A stretch of 64,000 bases of DNA from the human T2T-CHM13v2.0 reference genome, Homo sapiens (GCF_009914755.1 NC_060931.1), one strand, 5' to 3'. Shown: positions 1-15,191, counted from the stretch's first letter. Numbers and translations are program-made. Notes: a model not told the origin generated them from the letters alone.

Positions 1-1649
1 CTGCACTGTATAATAGAGCAAATCATTTGTTAATTTTTTGACAAATGGAATTTAATTTAATTAAGATGGATACAGTGTTTTAAACAAGGCAGGTCATCTT
101 AAAATAAAAGAGTGGAATAAAGTGATAAAACCAAAGTAAAAATCATAAACATTTTATAAAGAATTTTTGTCATGTAATTTTTTTATTTAAAATCACCCAA
201 ATCAAAATAATTTTATCTTAATTAACAAATAATCATCAGAAGTTTAACTAATTTTACTCTATAATACTAGGTTTAAAAATTCTTAACTATATTTTAATCA
301 TATATGCTTATATATAAAATAGACATAGGATATATATTTACATGTTCACAATATTATATTGTAATTGTTCCTATGGATGTGGTTTTTCAATAGAATTATT
401 AAGTACTTTTAAAAAGTTTCAATTTCAATGATATATATGTTTGACTTTTCTTTGACAAAGCATACATATATTGATAGGTAATGATATGAAAATCTTCTAA
501 AGACATTACAGGAACATGAAAATGTAATTAAATACTCACAATTTGTAATGTTTTATGTAAGCGGAACACATTTAACTGAAAATTGCTTTTATATAATACT
601 CAAACGAGACTAAAAACATTTTAACTAGCGGAATAAGTCTTCAAATTGATAATCTGAACTATATAAGAGGAGAAACTTCAGGCATTCAAATACTTGAAAT
701 GCTACAAAATATTTATATAAACTATTATTTAACCATTTCTGTTTGTCGAGTGCTATACAGTAATCAATATAAATGACATCTCAAGTCTTTCTATAGCTTT
801 GACCACATTTACCTCCTAATTTTAATTATTAATATGTTGGAGCAGTGCATACAACTCGATTCCGATCTTCTCTTTAATGAGTAAAAATATGTCCTTTGAG
901 ACAGCATTAAAGAGCACCTTGTATAAATTCAAAGCCAAGAGACAAGATATTCTTGATTCTGATGTCTTGTTCTTTTATACAACAATGTAATTAATAAGAG
1001 GAAAAGCAGGACATAGACATGGAGTCTATTTTAATCAAAAATTGTCCATAGATTTTGATGATAAAATTTAAAAATCTACTACATTTAGTTACAAAAAACT
1101 AGGTTGTGGGAACTTATTTGTTCAATAAAACACAGCTACTAAATGCTGACAAGAAAAAAAGTTAGGTACCACCTTTCTTCTCTGCAGATGGCCTGAGATG
1201 GGTTAATTTGAAAGAATGCTTCCAAACCTGAGGTGACCCCTGGGAACAGCATAATCCACTGCTGTCTCCTACATTCAGTTTCTCAGTTTGTGCTCTTTTA
1301 ATTTCGGGGGGAGGGAAGCCAGTCCTTTAAACTGATCTTCAGCACGATGGCAGAGGCAAGGAGTGTGGACAGGTGGCACGGTGTCTGACTTTGTTGCAGC
1401 AGCCACTTGGGCTTTCTCTGGGTCTTCTCTGCCCTAGGGATAGCACCACTATTGAAAACATGTCTTTGTGACATTCTTTATGCCAGGAACTCCCAACGCA
1501 TTTTCCTTGAAACTGATGAAATGAATAAAAATAAACCAAGAGGTGTGCTGTTTGTTTCTGTTTCCTCCTTTCTGCAGCCCTTCTTGATCATCTAATATTT
1601 TTAAATACATTGTCGATCAGCAAAAGGAGCATAAGGCCTTTATTGATTT

Positions 1650-2045
1650 GTAGCAGATGTATTAATAGCCCAGCCCCTATTCCTTACCTGTAGCTGCTGT
1701 GAAGAAAACCATCCTTAACACTCTACAAGGTCTCATCTCCAGAATTTGCACCTGTTTCTAGCCGAGGACTCTCTCTAGCAGCATGGGAGCTTGATACTGG
1801 GCATGAAGTGGGAAGAAAAGGTGAGGGTAACTAAGAAGAATCTCCCTGGATTCAGTGATGTAATTCTGAGGCATGTTCCACATAGCTTCCCATAGAATTA
1901 AGCCCAGATATCTAACACAGGAACTTGCCTCTAAACACGTGTGGCATTGGCTTTTCTATCTTTCCTGTTTTATTTTGTTCTCTCTTCCTTGTCTCACTTT
2001 CGCTGTGTCCTCACTCCTGCTTTAAGAATACCCAAACAAATACAT
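1650..2045 (+). mobile_element. Old ERVL LTR remnant (LTR16-like)
   Basis: Motifs aattctgaggcatgttc, ccttgtctcacttt and terminal acccaaacaaa resemble LTR16. Boundaries approximate. Confidence 0.45.
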
Positions 2046-5000
2046 TCATTTATTTTTTTAGACTCTCAGAACACAGTTGATAGTTGAACTTGTAATCTAT
2101 GATAATCAGCTTGGATGCTATACTGACAGGAAGATGGTGAACTCACAATGTCTAATTAAGATAAAATTAAAAAATATATTGACTCATGTCCAAAGATTTA
2201 AAAAACCTAAGCGGCAGTGTCACAATTTCTTCTTTTTAGTTCACATGGTTTCTTAAACGCCTACAATTATTTTAAAGTAAGACTTGAGTCTAGGAAAAAT
2301 TGAGACATATGGAATAAATTACTAACCCATTTCTCCTTGAAATCCATTAGATGCTTGATGATTTTTCACATACATTTCTGAATTGAAAAGCTACTTGTGA
2401 ATTATTTTTATAAGCATATCCTTATGTAATATTTTGTTTTTAACAGTGAATTGAAGGTTTAAAGATTAAATTATTCTATCCAGAGAATAAAAAGCAATTA
2501 TTTCACAAGGAGAACATGTGTATGTTGACACGACATTTTAAAATCTAGATTTTAAAATAGGTCCCATATACTTTTGAGTCAGTTAGAATATGTTTGTATC
2601 AGTCTGTCTACAGTTTTACACCTGTCAAAATGTACTTGAACTACAACAATTACCTTGAACAATTTTGAAATTTATTATTTCTCTGAAACTGATTAAAAGA
2701 ATTATGGTAGAGTGAAATTCTGATTGGCATAATTTGGGAGAGAAATTATTCCTTGGAGATCAACCTCTGCCACGATAGTTTATAATGACATTGAGACTTT
2801 TTGATTTACAAAATTTGTTATATAAAAAATACTAAGACGATGACAGATAATACACAGACTTTAATTAAAATTGTACTAAAATTAAATGTCTAAATAAATT
2901 AGAAGGGTACATGGTACATCTAACTGTATGTTTATATATTTTATTTGTGCATTTTATTCTTAGGGTTGCTTTTGCTTTAGTTTGTAAAATGTTCTTATTT
3001 TTATGATAATGTAGTATATACTAAATAAAGAAAAATCAGGAAGTAGAAAATGAAGAAGAAAACATTAGCTATTGTCAACCAAATAAAAATTGTGCAATCT
3101 CTAAGCACATGAACTATGTATTATTTGTACAGCACGTACAATGTTTATGCTTCACAGGGTGAGGTAGAGACTGCAAAACATCGAACCTGGGACAAATAAG
3201 AAAGTAAAGAAACTTTCACAACATATTAATATTATAGAAAGTGTTGAACTTAACAGTTAAGATACAAGTAGTGAAAAATGATAGTATTTAAGGAGATCTA
3301 GAAAATTTAATCTATATCTGTAATGTGTTAGAAGTATTAGAATAATGCTTGTATTTCTGGATTGGCATCGATTTCTATTGAGACTGGAAACATAATAGAA
3401 GAGAGGGAAAAACAATTTAAATTGTGGATACTTGAGTTTTATACCTAGGAGTTCGAGAAATACATTTTGTTACTATCAAAGCAGTTGGCACAAGAGTGTA
3501 CAAAACTCCCTAATTGTGTCTATGTGGAGAAGACATAGACAGAGAATAGCCAAACAGAAATAGCAAAAAAGCACAAATAAATTTTACCTGTATTTTTACG
3601 TAAAAGCCAATTAGAGTAGGAAAACATGAAATTTGTGTTTTATCAAAATATTTCTCTTTCTCATAATATAGTTGATTATATTACTGGAAAAAAATTGAAG
3701 CATTGGTATGTTCACAAAAAAAAGTAAAATATAAGGTCAAAACCATGGGAACGCAGGGAGCAGACAAAATATACCTAAACACCGAAACTGATTTTGCCCT
3801 ACGGAAATGTACCAAAATGAATGAGTGCAGATTCCTACTGTCATTCATCACATAGGACAGTAAAGAAATACACAGTTTTTCCCAAGATAGGGCATCACAC
3901 AGGAGCTCCTCCCTAAAGCTAGGACCAAAATTTCTGTCCTCAGTATAAACAAGAATCAGAGGTAAATTAGTCCCATTTCACATTCCCTGGAAATGGCAAA
4001 TAAAAATGACTTGAGATTGGACAGATTTAAAGAAACTCAATCATTAATGATTTACAGCAATTAATTTAAAAATTGTTTAAATGTGCAGTCCAAACATACA
4101 TCCAAACACCTTTAGGCCAAGAATTAACATAATGTGGTCCCAGAATGGTGGTGCCTTTAGTAGACTCACAAAAAAATTCAAATTCTCTTTGGCAAATTTT
4201 CTTCTTACTAATCCTCAAAAGTGCACAAAAATAATTTTCAGAGAAAAATAAATATTTGTCATTCAAAGGCATCTAAGTACGCAAGGAAATGATATTCCAC
4301 CATCTGAAAGGAAAGCAGAACAAGAGTACAAACAGATCCACAAAGTTTCATTAGTAGAAATATCACTGTTAGATTATAAAGCAAATTTGCTTTAAAAAAA
4401 TTTAAAATAAAATGAATATATTTTTAGGAGACTAAAAAATTGATGTAGCAAATTCGAAAAGTAGTTTGTATAAAAATATAGTATTTTAAATTAAAAACTC
4501 AAAAATGAACTCATCAGATTAGACATGGCCATGGTGAGAGTTCATAAATATTTCAGAATGCATTACAGAAAATTTTAAAAAATGCAAAATGTGGACAGAA
4601 TCATTAAGAGACATGGATGATACAGTGAGAAAGTGTAGCATGTGTGTAGTGAGTGTTCTCATACAAGAATAGAACTGGGAAGGGAGAATATGTGATGGTA
4701 TTTTGGCTGAAAGTTCTCTAGACTTTTGTAAGACACTAATCCGCATGTTCAAAAATTCCATGCATGCTAAGCAAGCTACAATGGAGATAAACCTACACCT
4801 ACGTATCTCCTAGAGTAATAGTAAACAATCAGGAAGGGAAAAATATTTCACTTAGCACTAGAAAAATCAAATTACCTTTAATCATATTGAAATCTGAAAG
4901 AATGAAAGGTAAAATAATAGTATTTGTTAAAAATAATAATGCCATTCTGAAATTCTCAAGCAAGAAAAATATTCATCAACCTATGGCTAAATAACATATT

Positions 5001-5296
5001 TAGAGACAAAAAACAAAACGCCACCAGCAGAATTCCACTAAAGAAACTAAAGAGAAACTCTGAAAACATGCTTCAGAAAGGCTGAAGTTCTGAAATCAGA
5101 GAATGAACACAGAGCAAAATATACTGTAAACATACAGATAGATCTAAATAAAAAATTAGGTGTTGAAACAAAAAGATATTCAAAATTAGATAAGCACTGC
5201 AATATGTATGTTAGGAAGCAAATTATTAGGGCTGAAGTATTCAAAGACCCCTTAATTGTCCGACAAGAGCAGAAAGGTGAGTATGACTTTGCAACT

Positions 5297-5598
<302 letters not shown>

Positions 5599-6115
5599 GA
5601 CTTTGGAACTTTAATAAATTCGCTGGACATTATGCATTTCTCTGTTGTATCTATGAAAACAATAAAAATAAGTCATAATTTAAAAACAAGAAGACAGAAA
5701 CTAATAGGAGAAAATGAGACATTTTATATATATATATACACAACAAATTAATAAAACAAATTAAGTAAGTATAAATGATCAAAGATTAACTTAAACCTAA
5801 GTACACGATGTTTCTGTTAAAATACAAAGATTGGCAAAATTAAAAAAATCCGTCTCTATCATAGTTACAAGAGAGGCAACTAATATATAAATTTACAGAA
5901 ACTTTGAAATTCAAACAATACAGATACTGTGTATATATGATATACATACATACTACATGAATATAATTTTTTAAAAAGTTGCTATGCAGACAAAATAGAA
6001 TGTAAGTTAGAAACATTTATTAAAATAAGTTAGTCTAACCAGTGTGATAAAAATTTTAAGTTATTAAGATGTGATGACTTAAATGTGCATTAGCCTGATA
6101 CATATATACATAAAT

Positions 6116-6129
6116 ACACACACAACACA

Positions 6130-6160
<31 letters not shown>
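6116..6160. repeat. (CA)n microsatellite
   Basis: acacacac run. Confidence 0.9.
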
Positions 6161-6786
6161 GTATTTAGAGAGTCAAATTATATAAAGCAAAAATATCAGA
6201 AAGTAAGTAGAAATGGATAAGCCCCCAAATCATTATAGACATTTCAAACACACATCTTTCAGTAATAGATAAAAGAAAAAATTAAAAGAGTAAGTTTTAA
6301 AAGAAGCTAGTGGATTTTAAAAAGGGCAAATGTTTTATAAGGAACATGAATATTATAATTCATGTTATTTTCATGTTCATACAGAATACTTACAAAAATT
6401 AACATTTTCTAGACCATAACACAAATTCAAACAATTTTCACGGAAATAACGTGACGCAGAATATATTTCCTAAACAAACAGCAATGAAGGTAGATATCAA
6501 TACAAAAAAGAAAGCTAGAAACATAAGTCTAATAATATTGGTTGGAAGCTATTTTAATGAATATTGAAATATTTTAAAGGTCAATAGTCAATACAATGAA
6601 CCAAACACTTTTGTAAGGCCACTAAGATGCAAGTATAATGTGTAATGCCTCCTTTTATAAGGAGTAAATCTGTAACATCACCTGGGCTATTTGACAACTG
6701 CAAAGTGAATGTGAGAAGGAGAGAAACAGTGAGAGAGAGAGAGAGAGATAAAACCAGTAAAATAAACATAAAGAACGAAGGAAATA

Positions 6787-7185
<399 letters not shown>

Positions 7186-9266
7186 TTAAAATATTAAATC
7201 TAACAAATATCTAGGTAGACTGATGGAGAAAAATACAGAAAATGCACAAAAAACCAATTACCTGGAATGCAAAGGTTACAAAACGTCAGCAGTTGTAGAT
7301 TTTAAATAAGCAATGACTTTGAGTTCGACCATGATGGGGTATATTGAAAAGAATCTCTCAGAAAAAAAGAAAAAAAAACTGTTATAAAGCTATGTATAAA
7401 ATGTTAAGCACTATTAAAGTCTTCCAATTATACCAGTTATGGAGTTATTTGTCTTGGACTAACTCTCCTGAAAAGAAAAAAACAAAACAAAACCTAAAAA
7501 CCGGGATAAAATAGCCTACCGTGGGCAATGGCAATGCAACCAAGCAGGTAGGACATGGGTGCTACATTCTCTTTGTCAGAACACAAAGCATTCATACACT
7601 CTTCTCACCCTCACTCTCACCTTTTAATCTTAGATCTACTATTAAAAGTATTCAACATTACTATCAATCCTTTGGCCAAAATTTCTTTACTCACATTTTG
7701 CTTGATGCACTTGGATAGACTGTTCAAGAAAGTGTGAGTAGTGAATTCCTCAAACTCTTGCATATTTAAAATTACATTTTTGAACCTTGATGCTTGAAGT
7801 GTAGCTTGGGTAACGGGTGGGCTTTAAGCCAATTTTGGCATGCAAGGGGTTGAGTTTATTAGGCATCAGCACCTCTGAAAATCGTGGGGATGCAGGCTTA
7901 ATTTCAACACTATTCTAAATACTTGAAAGATATTATATAACTCTTTAATAAACTCCTGTGTCTACAAATGGTTCACATTAACTCAATATCCATGATTAAA
8001 CATCTATAAAATCAAGGCACTGTTATTTAGTGGAGACTTGCTGGCTATTCTATGAGAGGAGGTATTGTTATTGTAATCTCATCCTCTCATAAAAGTGTAT
8101 CATATTACTCATAACCAGCCCTTCATATTCTATTCCTATTTTGGTATTTAAAAATAAGATATCTTTGAAACACTTGAATTCAAAGAGGAAATCTGAATAG
8201 TTTTTAAAATGTCAATGAAATGCCATTTCTTCATGCTTGAACAAATACAAATTGACTGAAGTGCTTCTCTTCAAACTTTCTGGAACATTTTTTATCTAAA
8301 TTCTAGGAACAATCACAATAGGTTTTAACCACAAATGTGAGAATGTTCTAAATGTTAGGGTGGAAAAATTTTTAAAATAATTTTATAGTAATTTTTTCAT
8401 CATAGTGACAGTGTGCTAAATTTTTTTCAGTCAAATATTACTGTGGACATTTAAGTCAAGATTCTAAGAAGCTGTTCTACAGTCCAAAATTGTTTCATAT
8501 ACAATATTATATATATATATTTGCATAAAAAATTAATATAAGTGAGCCGTTTCAAATAGTTGAGAGATTATTATATCAAAGATTCTTGATTATATAAAAT
8601 GCCAATTACTTATGGGCACACATGCTTTTAATAATTACAAAGGCAGCTGTGGTTGATTCTACTCTTGCTACTGGCATTTATATGGACATAACATTATGGT
8701 CTGAAGAATATTTAGGCAAATTTATCCCTCATATGATCAGAAGAACAATGCAAGATAGTTTATATCTGAAAGGAAAAAATCTTTATATGGCTCTGAAAGC
8801 CTAAATCATTAACTACTTGGATAATAATTAGCATAAAAATACACAAACATGCCCTCTTCCTAGCAGTAAGTACACAGTGACAACAGAATCAAAGCATGTG
8901 GCTCCTCTTCTCTGCCCTTTCTAGATGGCACAATTCCTCATGAATCTAAGTGCAGTCATAGGGTGGATTAGGGTGACCTGCCATTTGTATGCAACTGATC
9001 TCTATTTTGGAAGCAATTAATGTAAAAATATATTTTTACAAGATAATTTCAAATTTCGGGGCAAACTAGCATGGTTTCACTCCTTTGTAACATTTTTTCT
9101 AAGGTTGGAAAAGTAAGGCTTTAGTACGATTTTTAATAATAAGTTTTCAAAGTGAGACGCAAAATGGTGGCGCCAACACATTTCAAGTCTGCTATATTTT
9201 GAATACACTTATTGGAGAAAAGACCTTCTCATCATTTTTCTCTTACAGGAAAGGAAATAACATGTA

Positions 9267-9634
9267 CAGTTGACCCTTAAGCAACACGGAGGTTGGGGTG
9301 CTGGCCCCCCTGCACAGTAGAAAACCCACTATAACTTTGACTCCCCCAAAACTTTACTAATAGCCTACTCTAAGCCTTACAAGTAACACAAGCAGTCAAT
9401 TAACACATATTTAACATGTTATATTTCTTATATACTGTATTCTTAACATGCCAGAGAAAAGAAAAAGAAAATCATAAGGAAAATATATTTACTAGTTATT
9501 AAATGGAAGTACATGATCAAACAGATCTTCATCCTCATCCTTTTCATGGGCAGGGTGTGGAGAAGGATGTAGAATTGTTGGTTTTGCTAAGTGGACCTGC
9601 ACAGTTCAAACCCCTGTGGTGCAAAGGCCAACTG
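9267..9634. mobile_element. Tigger2/MER8-like DNA transposon (copy 1)
   Basis: TA|CAGTTGACCCTT...GGCCAACTG|TA terminal inverted repeats with TA target duplication. Confidence 0.85.
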
Positions 9635-9725
9635 TATAGCCATTGAATAGCAATTTAGTTTTAGAAATTAACCTCACTAAAATACTCTTAGAAGGATGCC
9701 AAGAAAAAAATGAATAAGTATTTTG

Positions 9726-12160
9726 GTTCATCTATTTCATCATTTCATTTCATCATTTCACTTCCTCATTTCATCATTTCATTTCATTTCATCCTTTCAT
9801 CATTTCATTGCATCATTTCATCATTCCATCTTATCATTTCATCTCATTCTTTCATTTCCTTTCATCATTTCATCATTTCATCTCAACATTTCATCATTTC
9901 ACTTCATCTCATCATTTCATTTCATCTCATGATTTCATCTCATTTCATCTCATCATTTTATTTCATATTTTCATCTCATTTCATTTCATCATTGCATCTT
10001 TTTATCTCAATTCATTTATTTCATCAATTCATTTCATTTATTTCATCATTTCATCATGACTTCATTTCATCATTTCATCATTTAATATCATTTTATCATG
10101 TCATTTCATTTCATATCATTTCATCATTTCATCTTTCCATTTCATCATTTCATCATTTGACTTATCATTTCATCATTTCATCATTTGACTTATCATTTCA
10201 TCATTTCATTTCCTCATTTCATCATTTCATTTCATCCTTTCATCATTTCATCTCATCATTCCATCCTTTCATTATTTCATCATTTCATCTCATCATTGCA
10301 TTTCATTTCATCATTTCACTTCATCTGATTTCATAATTTCATATCATGATTTCATTTCATCTCATCATTTCATCTCATTTCATCATTTCATCTCATCATT
10401 TCATTTCATCAATTCATCATTTCATCATTTCATTAATCATTTCACTTCATCATTTCATATCATTTCATCATTTGATCTTTTCATTTCATTTCATCATTTC
10501 ATCATTTCACTTCATCATTTCATTTCATTTCATTTCCTCATTTCATTTCACCATTTCATTTCATCATTCCCTTTCATCATTTCATTATTTTATTTCATCA
10601 ATTCATTTCATTTCATTTCATCATTTCATCATTTGACTTCATTTCATCATTTCATTTCATCATTTAATATCATTTCATCATTTCATTTCATATCATTTCA
10701 TCATCTTTCCATTTCATCATTTCATCATTTGACTTATCATTTCATTTCCTCATTTCATTTCATTTCATCCTTTCATCATTTAATCTCATTTCATCCTTTC
10801 ATTATTTCATTTCATCATTTCATCTCATCATTGCATTTCCTCATTTCACTTCATCTCATCATTTCATAATTTCATGATTTCATTTCATCTCATCATTTCA
10901 TCTCATTTCATCTTTTCATCTCATTTCATCATTTCATCTTTCATCTCATTTCATTTCATCAATTCATTTCATTTCATTATTTCATTAATCATTTCACTTC
11001 ATTTCATCATTTCATATCATTTCTTCATTTCATCATTTGATCTTTTCATCATTTCATTTCATCATTTCACTTCATCATTTCATTTCTTCATTTCATTTCC
11101 TCATTTCATTTCACCATTTCATTTCATTTCATTCCATTTCATCATTTCATCATTTCATCTCATCATTTCATCCTTTCATTATTTCATTTCATCATTTCAT
11201 CTCATCATTTCATCATTTCACTTCGTCTCATCATCTCATGATTTCATCTCATCATTTCATCTCATGATTTCATTTCATCTCATCAATTCATAGCATCTTT
11301 TCATCTCATTTCATTATTTCATTTCATTTCATCTTTTCATTTTGTCATTCATTTCATCATTTCATTTTGTCAATTCATTTCATTTCCTTATTTCATCATT
11401 TCATTATTTCACTTCATTTCATCATATCATTTCTTCATTTCATCATTTCATCATTTCATTTCACTTCATTTCATTTCACCATTTCATCATTTCATCATTC
11501 AATTTCTCATTTCATCTTATCATTTCATTTCATCATTTCATCTCATGATTTCATTTCATCTCATCATTTCATCTTTTCATCTCATTTCATTTAATCATTT
11601 CGTTTCATTTCACCTTTTAATCTCGTCATTTCATTTCATTTCATGTCATCAATTCATCATTTCGTCATTTCATTTCATTATTTCATCATTTCATCATTTC
11701 ACTTCATAACTTCATCACATTTCATCTCATCATTTCATATCATTTCTTCATTTCATCTTTTCATTTCATCATTTCATTGTTTCACTTCATCATTTCATAG
11801 CATTTCATTTCATCATTTCATCTTTTCATCATTTCATTATTTCACTTCATCAGTTCATTTCATCATTTCATTTCATTTCCTCATTTCATTTCACCATTTT
11901 GTTTCATCATTTCATTATTTCATTTCATCATTCAATTTCATTTCATCATTTCATTATTTCATTTCATCTCATCATTTCATCATTTCATTTCTTCATTTCA
12001 TCATTTCATCATTACGTTTCTTCATTTGATCATTTCATTTCATCATTTCATCATTTCATTTCATCTCATCATTTCATTTCATCATTTCATTTCATTTCAT
12101 CATTTCATCATTTCGTTTCTTCATTTGATCATTTCATTTCATCATTTCATTTCATTTCAG
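9726..12160. repeat. (CATTT/CAT)n degenerate satellite-like array, ~2.4 kb
   Basis: Continuous tttca/tca units with almost no G on the + strand. Confidence 0.95.
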
Positions 12161-13025
12161 TGATACATGTATTTAAGTGCTAATGTGATGCCCAGGAGAC
12201 ACCCTATTTCCCTTTGTAAAACACCTCCTTCAACAAAAGGCAACCTCTCATGGCTGGCTAAGTCTACAGGGATACCAGCCTCTCTTCAACCACCCAGTTT
12301 GATTTAGAACCTCAAACAGCACCTCAGTTTCATAAAAACCTAAAACATAAACACAACACTTGGTTGTAAGTGAGCCAACAGTTTCTTGTCTCTTTCTCTG
12401 CTCAAGGCTTAAGGCCGTGTCTCCCCAACTACGTTCAGTGGAAGAAAAGATCCCCTGGACAAGTAAGTTTGAGAACTGTTGTTGCAGGACTTCTCAGAAC
12501 CTTTAAAACACAAATCCTCATCCGCAGGGATCTTCAGGAGGGAGATGGCTGGTGCAGCACAACTTTCTTTCACAGGAGCATCTTGCAGAATACAGTATGA
12601 GATACAGAAAGGCTGCACTGAGTCTTTTTAAGGGCCCGGGCCTTGGTGCGGGTGGGGTAGGAGCTCTCCAGATAGCATCTAATGAGTAGGAACATTCAGG
12701 TGGCTTTTTTTTTTCCTTATTGGCAAAACTGTGTGTGCACCATGAATGAAGCTGGTCTCCCTTATCCATATCAAAACTAAACCCAAATTAATTGGCTAAA
12801 TTGGGACTCAACACCTCCAGGAGCCACATGGAAGAAAGCCCCACCACACTTTAAAGTAGCTTACCTCATCATATTTGAGGAAAGCAAAACGCTTATGACC
12901 AGTATGCTGCTAATACAAGTCTACAGATAATGCTGTATGAAAAATTATTTTTCCCAATCATGGCTGGCATAGTCTACATTTCACATTACACTTTCCCCCC
13001 TTTTTTTAAATTTTAAGCACAGGTC

Positions 13026-13179
13026 TTTTTTTCTTCTTTTTTTAAATTTTAATTTAATTATACAAGACGGAGTCTCAGTATGTTGCCCAGGCTGGTCTTG
13101 GACTCCTGAGCTCAAGTGATACATCCGTCTCCGCCTCCCAAAGTGCTGGGATTACAGGCCTGAGACACTGTGCCCGGCC
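13026..13179 (-). mobile_element. FLAM / Alu monomer
   Basis: Single left-arm Alu with T-rich tail. Confidence 0.85.
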
Positions 13180-13545
13180 TTAAACACAAATCTTAATTCA
13201 TTCTTACAATTATCCTGAGGTTAGAAAAATGGAAGGGGAAGAAAAATGGCAAGCAGGCAGGCTGACTTCGGCTTCATTATTTGGAAGGACAGTTTGCTCG
13301 GTTAAAACACACTACTGCCCACAAAGGCCAAGACAACAGAAAAATACAGACTTATATAAATAGATTTTATATGTGACAGCAGTTTGAATGGAGACTTTTT
13401 CAATGCAAATGACAAACAGCTGTCCTTGGGAATAAATGACAACGAATTTTTTTATCTCAACAGCTGTCCTGAGAGCACGTCTCTACATCTCTACCTGCAT
13501 TCTGGAAACCGGGAGAAAGCCAAAACGGACGACAAGACACTAGAT

Positions 13546-13745
13546 CAGCCGTGTCCAACCCTGTGACTACAAGGACTTTTCCGCCTATCTTTGGTGGTGG
13601 GTATCATCAAAATTCTGCACAAACCTTTTTTTTTTTTTTTTTTTAAGCTCATTAGCTGTTGTTAGCATTAGTGTATTTTATGTGTGGCCCAGGAGCATTC
13701 TTCTTCCAATGTGGGCCTGAGAAGCCAAAAGACTGGACACCTATG
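13546..13745 (-). mobile_element. MER30-like hAT element
   Basis: TIRs cagccgtgtccaa / ctggacacctatg; 8-bp TSD cactagat / cactaaat. Confidence 0.8.
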
Positions 13746-13853
13746 CACTAAATCAAAAGGCTATTCCTTCTGGAAGCAATTGTAAAGAATTTCTCACATT
13801 ATCTTGACATGAAAACCAATGGATAGTGGGACAGAATGCAAAATCTTCAAGAA

Positions 13854-14126
13854 TTTTTGTTGTTGTTGTTGTTGTTTTTGAGTCAAGGTCTTGCTCTGTG
13901 GCCCAGGCTGGAGTACACTGGTGAGATCACAGCTCAGTGCAGGCTCAAGTGCTCCTCCCGCCTCAGCCACAGTACTAGCTGGGACTACAGATGCGCACAG
14001 CCACCCCTGGCTAATATTTTATCTTTTGTAGAGACGGGGTCTCACTGTATTGTCCAGGTTGGTCTCAAACTCTTTGACTCAAGGGATCCAGGACAGGATA
14101 ACAGGTGTGAGCCACCACACCTGGCC
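13854..14126 (-). mobile_element. AluJ, degenerate, (TTG)n tail
   Basis: Alu motifs with internal deletions. Confidence 0.85.
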
Positions 14127-14960
14127 ATGTGCATGAACTTTTAAGACAAACACAAGGCCCCACAAAAGGTAAGGTTTTCCCACCTAATTTCCAGGGGATC
14201 TTTTGGTGCAAGGATGAGAAGCCCTTAAAAGTACACAGACAACTCCAAAGATTCAAGACAGTTCATTCGGGCTGAGCCAGCCCACTGGGCAGACAGACCT
14301 TCAAGAAAGGCCCACGCATGACATACACCAGATGGCTCTCCAAGAATCGCTTCAGTCCTCAGGGTCCCTAAGGTACTGGACAGAGCTAGGAAAGCAAACC
14401 CATTTGCTTCTTCCTGCACGAAACCCCTTGAGGTCAAGACCCCACAATCAGACGAGGATGGAGTGGCTCACCCTCAGTCAACAGGCCAGACTCAAGGTGG
14501 TATAATGACTTAACCAAGGGTGTGGGACTCCAGGTCTGACTCCCAACTCAGTTCTCCTTTAATAACCACACTTTGGTAATTCTCCTTAACAGGGGTTCCT
14601 GGCAAGTCAGTTCTCCCTCAGGCCTTTGGTTTCCTCACCTACAAGATGAGAGGGCCGGACCAGATGGAAATTCGGGGGTAAGGGGATGTCCGCGCGCAGC
14701 CCACCCTCACCCTCCCCGCCCCACGGGACCCTAGAGCCTCCATCCCAGTTCCCACCAAGCACCCGCCCCACAAATCCTGCCCAAGGTGAGGGCTGGTCCC
14801 GGGTCCCTCGGCTGCCCCATCAGCGAGTGCAGGAGGGAGGGGAAGCCTCCAAGGGCGCGACGCGGGCTCAAGGATGCAACTCGGCCAGGAGTGAACTGGG
14901 GCCCCAAGGGAGGTGTCCGGGCCGCTGCTCGAGCCCAGCCCGGGTCCCCAAACCCCTTAC

Positions 14961-15191
14961 CTCCAGGGTCCGTATCTCCTGCTCGGTGAGGTCGTTGGAC
15001 ACAGCGCACTTGGTGCGCAGCCCGCGCAGGCTGCCAATGGAGATGCCGATGAGCTTCTGGAGCTGTCCGCACTGCTGCAGCCCCGGGCTGGCCGCGGCCC
15101 CTGCGCCACCCTCAGCGGCCGCTGCATCACCCCCGCCACCGCCCTCCTTCTTCTCTCCCATCGCCTCCGCGCGCAGTGCCGCCCTATGCAG
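14961..15191 (-). pseudogene. KSR1: KSR1 exon 1 coding part (CA1 / N-terminal CC-SAM region), duplicated fragment, copy 1
   Basis: Translates [77 protein letters not shown], matching the recalled KSR1 N-terminus ([21 protein letters not shown]...IRTLE). ATG at 15161-15159; donor GAG|GTAAGG at 14961/14960. No further KSR1 exons seen. Confidence 0.93.

Noticed and set aside
1681-1690. Strong - strand donor CAG|GTAAGG as a downstream exon for KSR1 copy 1
   Set aside because: Lies in an LTR-like remnant; no convincing acceptor or recognisable coding frame.
9726-12160. Classical HSat2/HSat3 or heat-shock-element array
   Set aside because: The dominant unit is CATTT rather than CATTC, and the nGAAn words are head-to-tail rather than alternately inverted.
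9710-12183. His/Phe/Ile/Ser-rich ORFs (also 55392-58005)
   Set aside because: Translations of the G-poor CATTT satellite.
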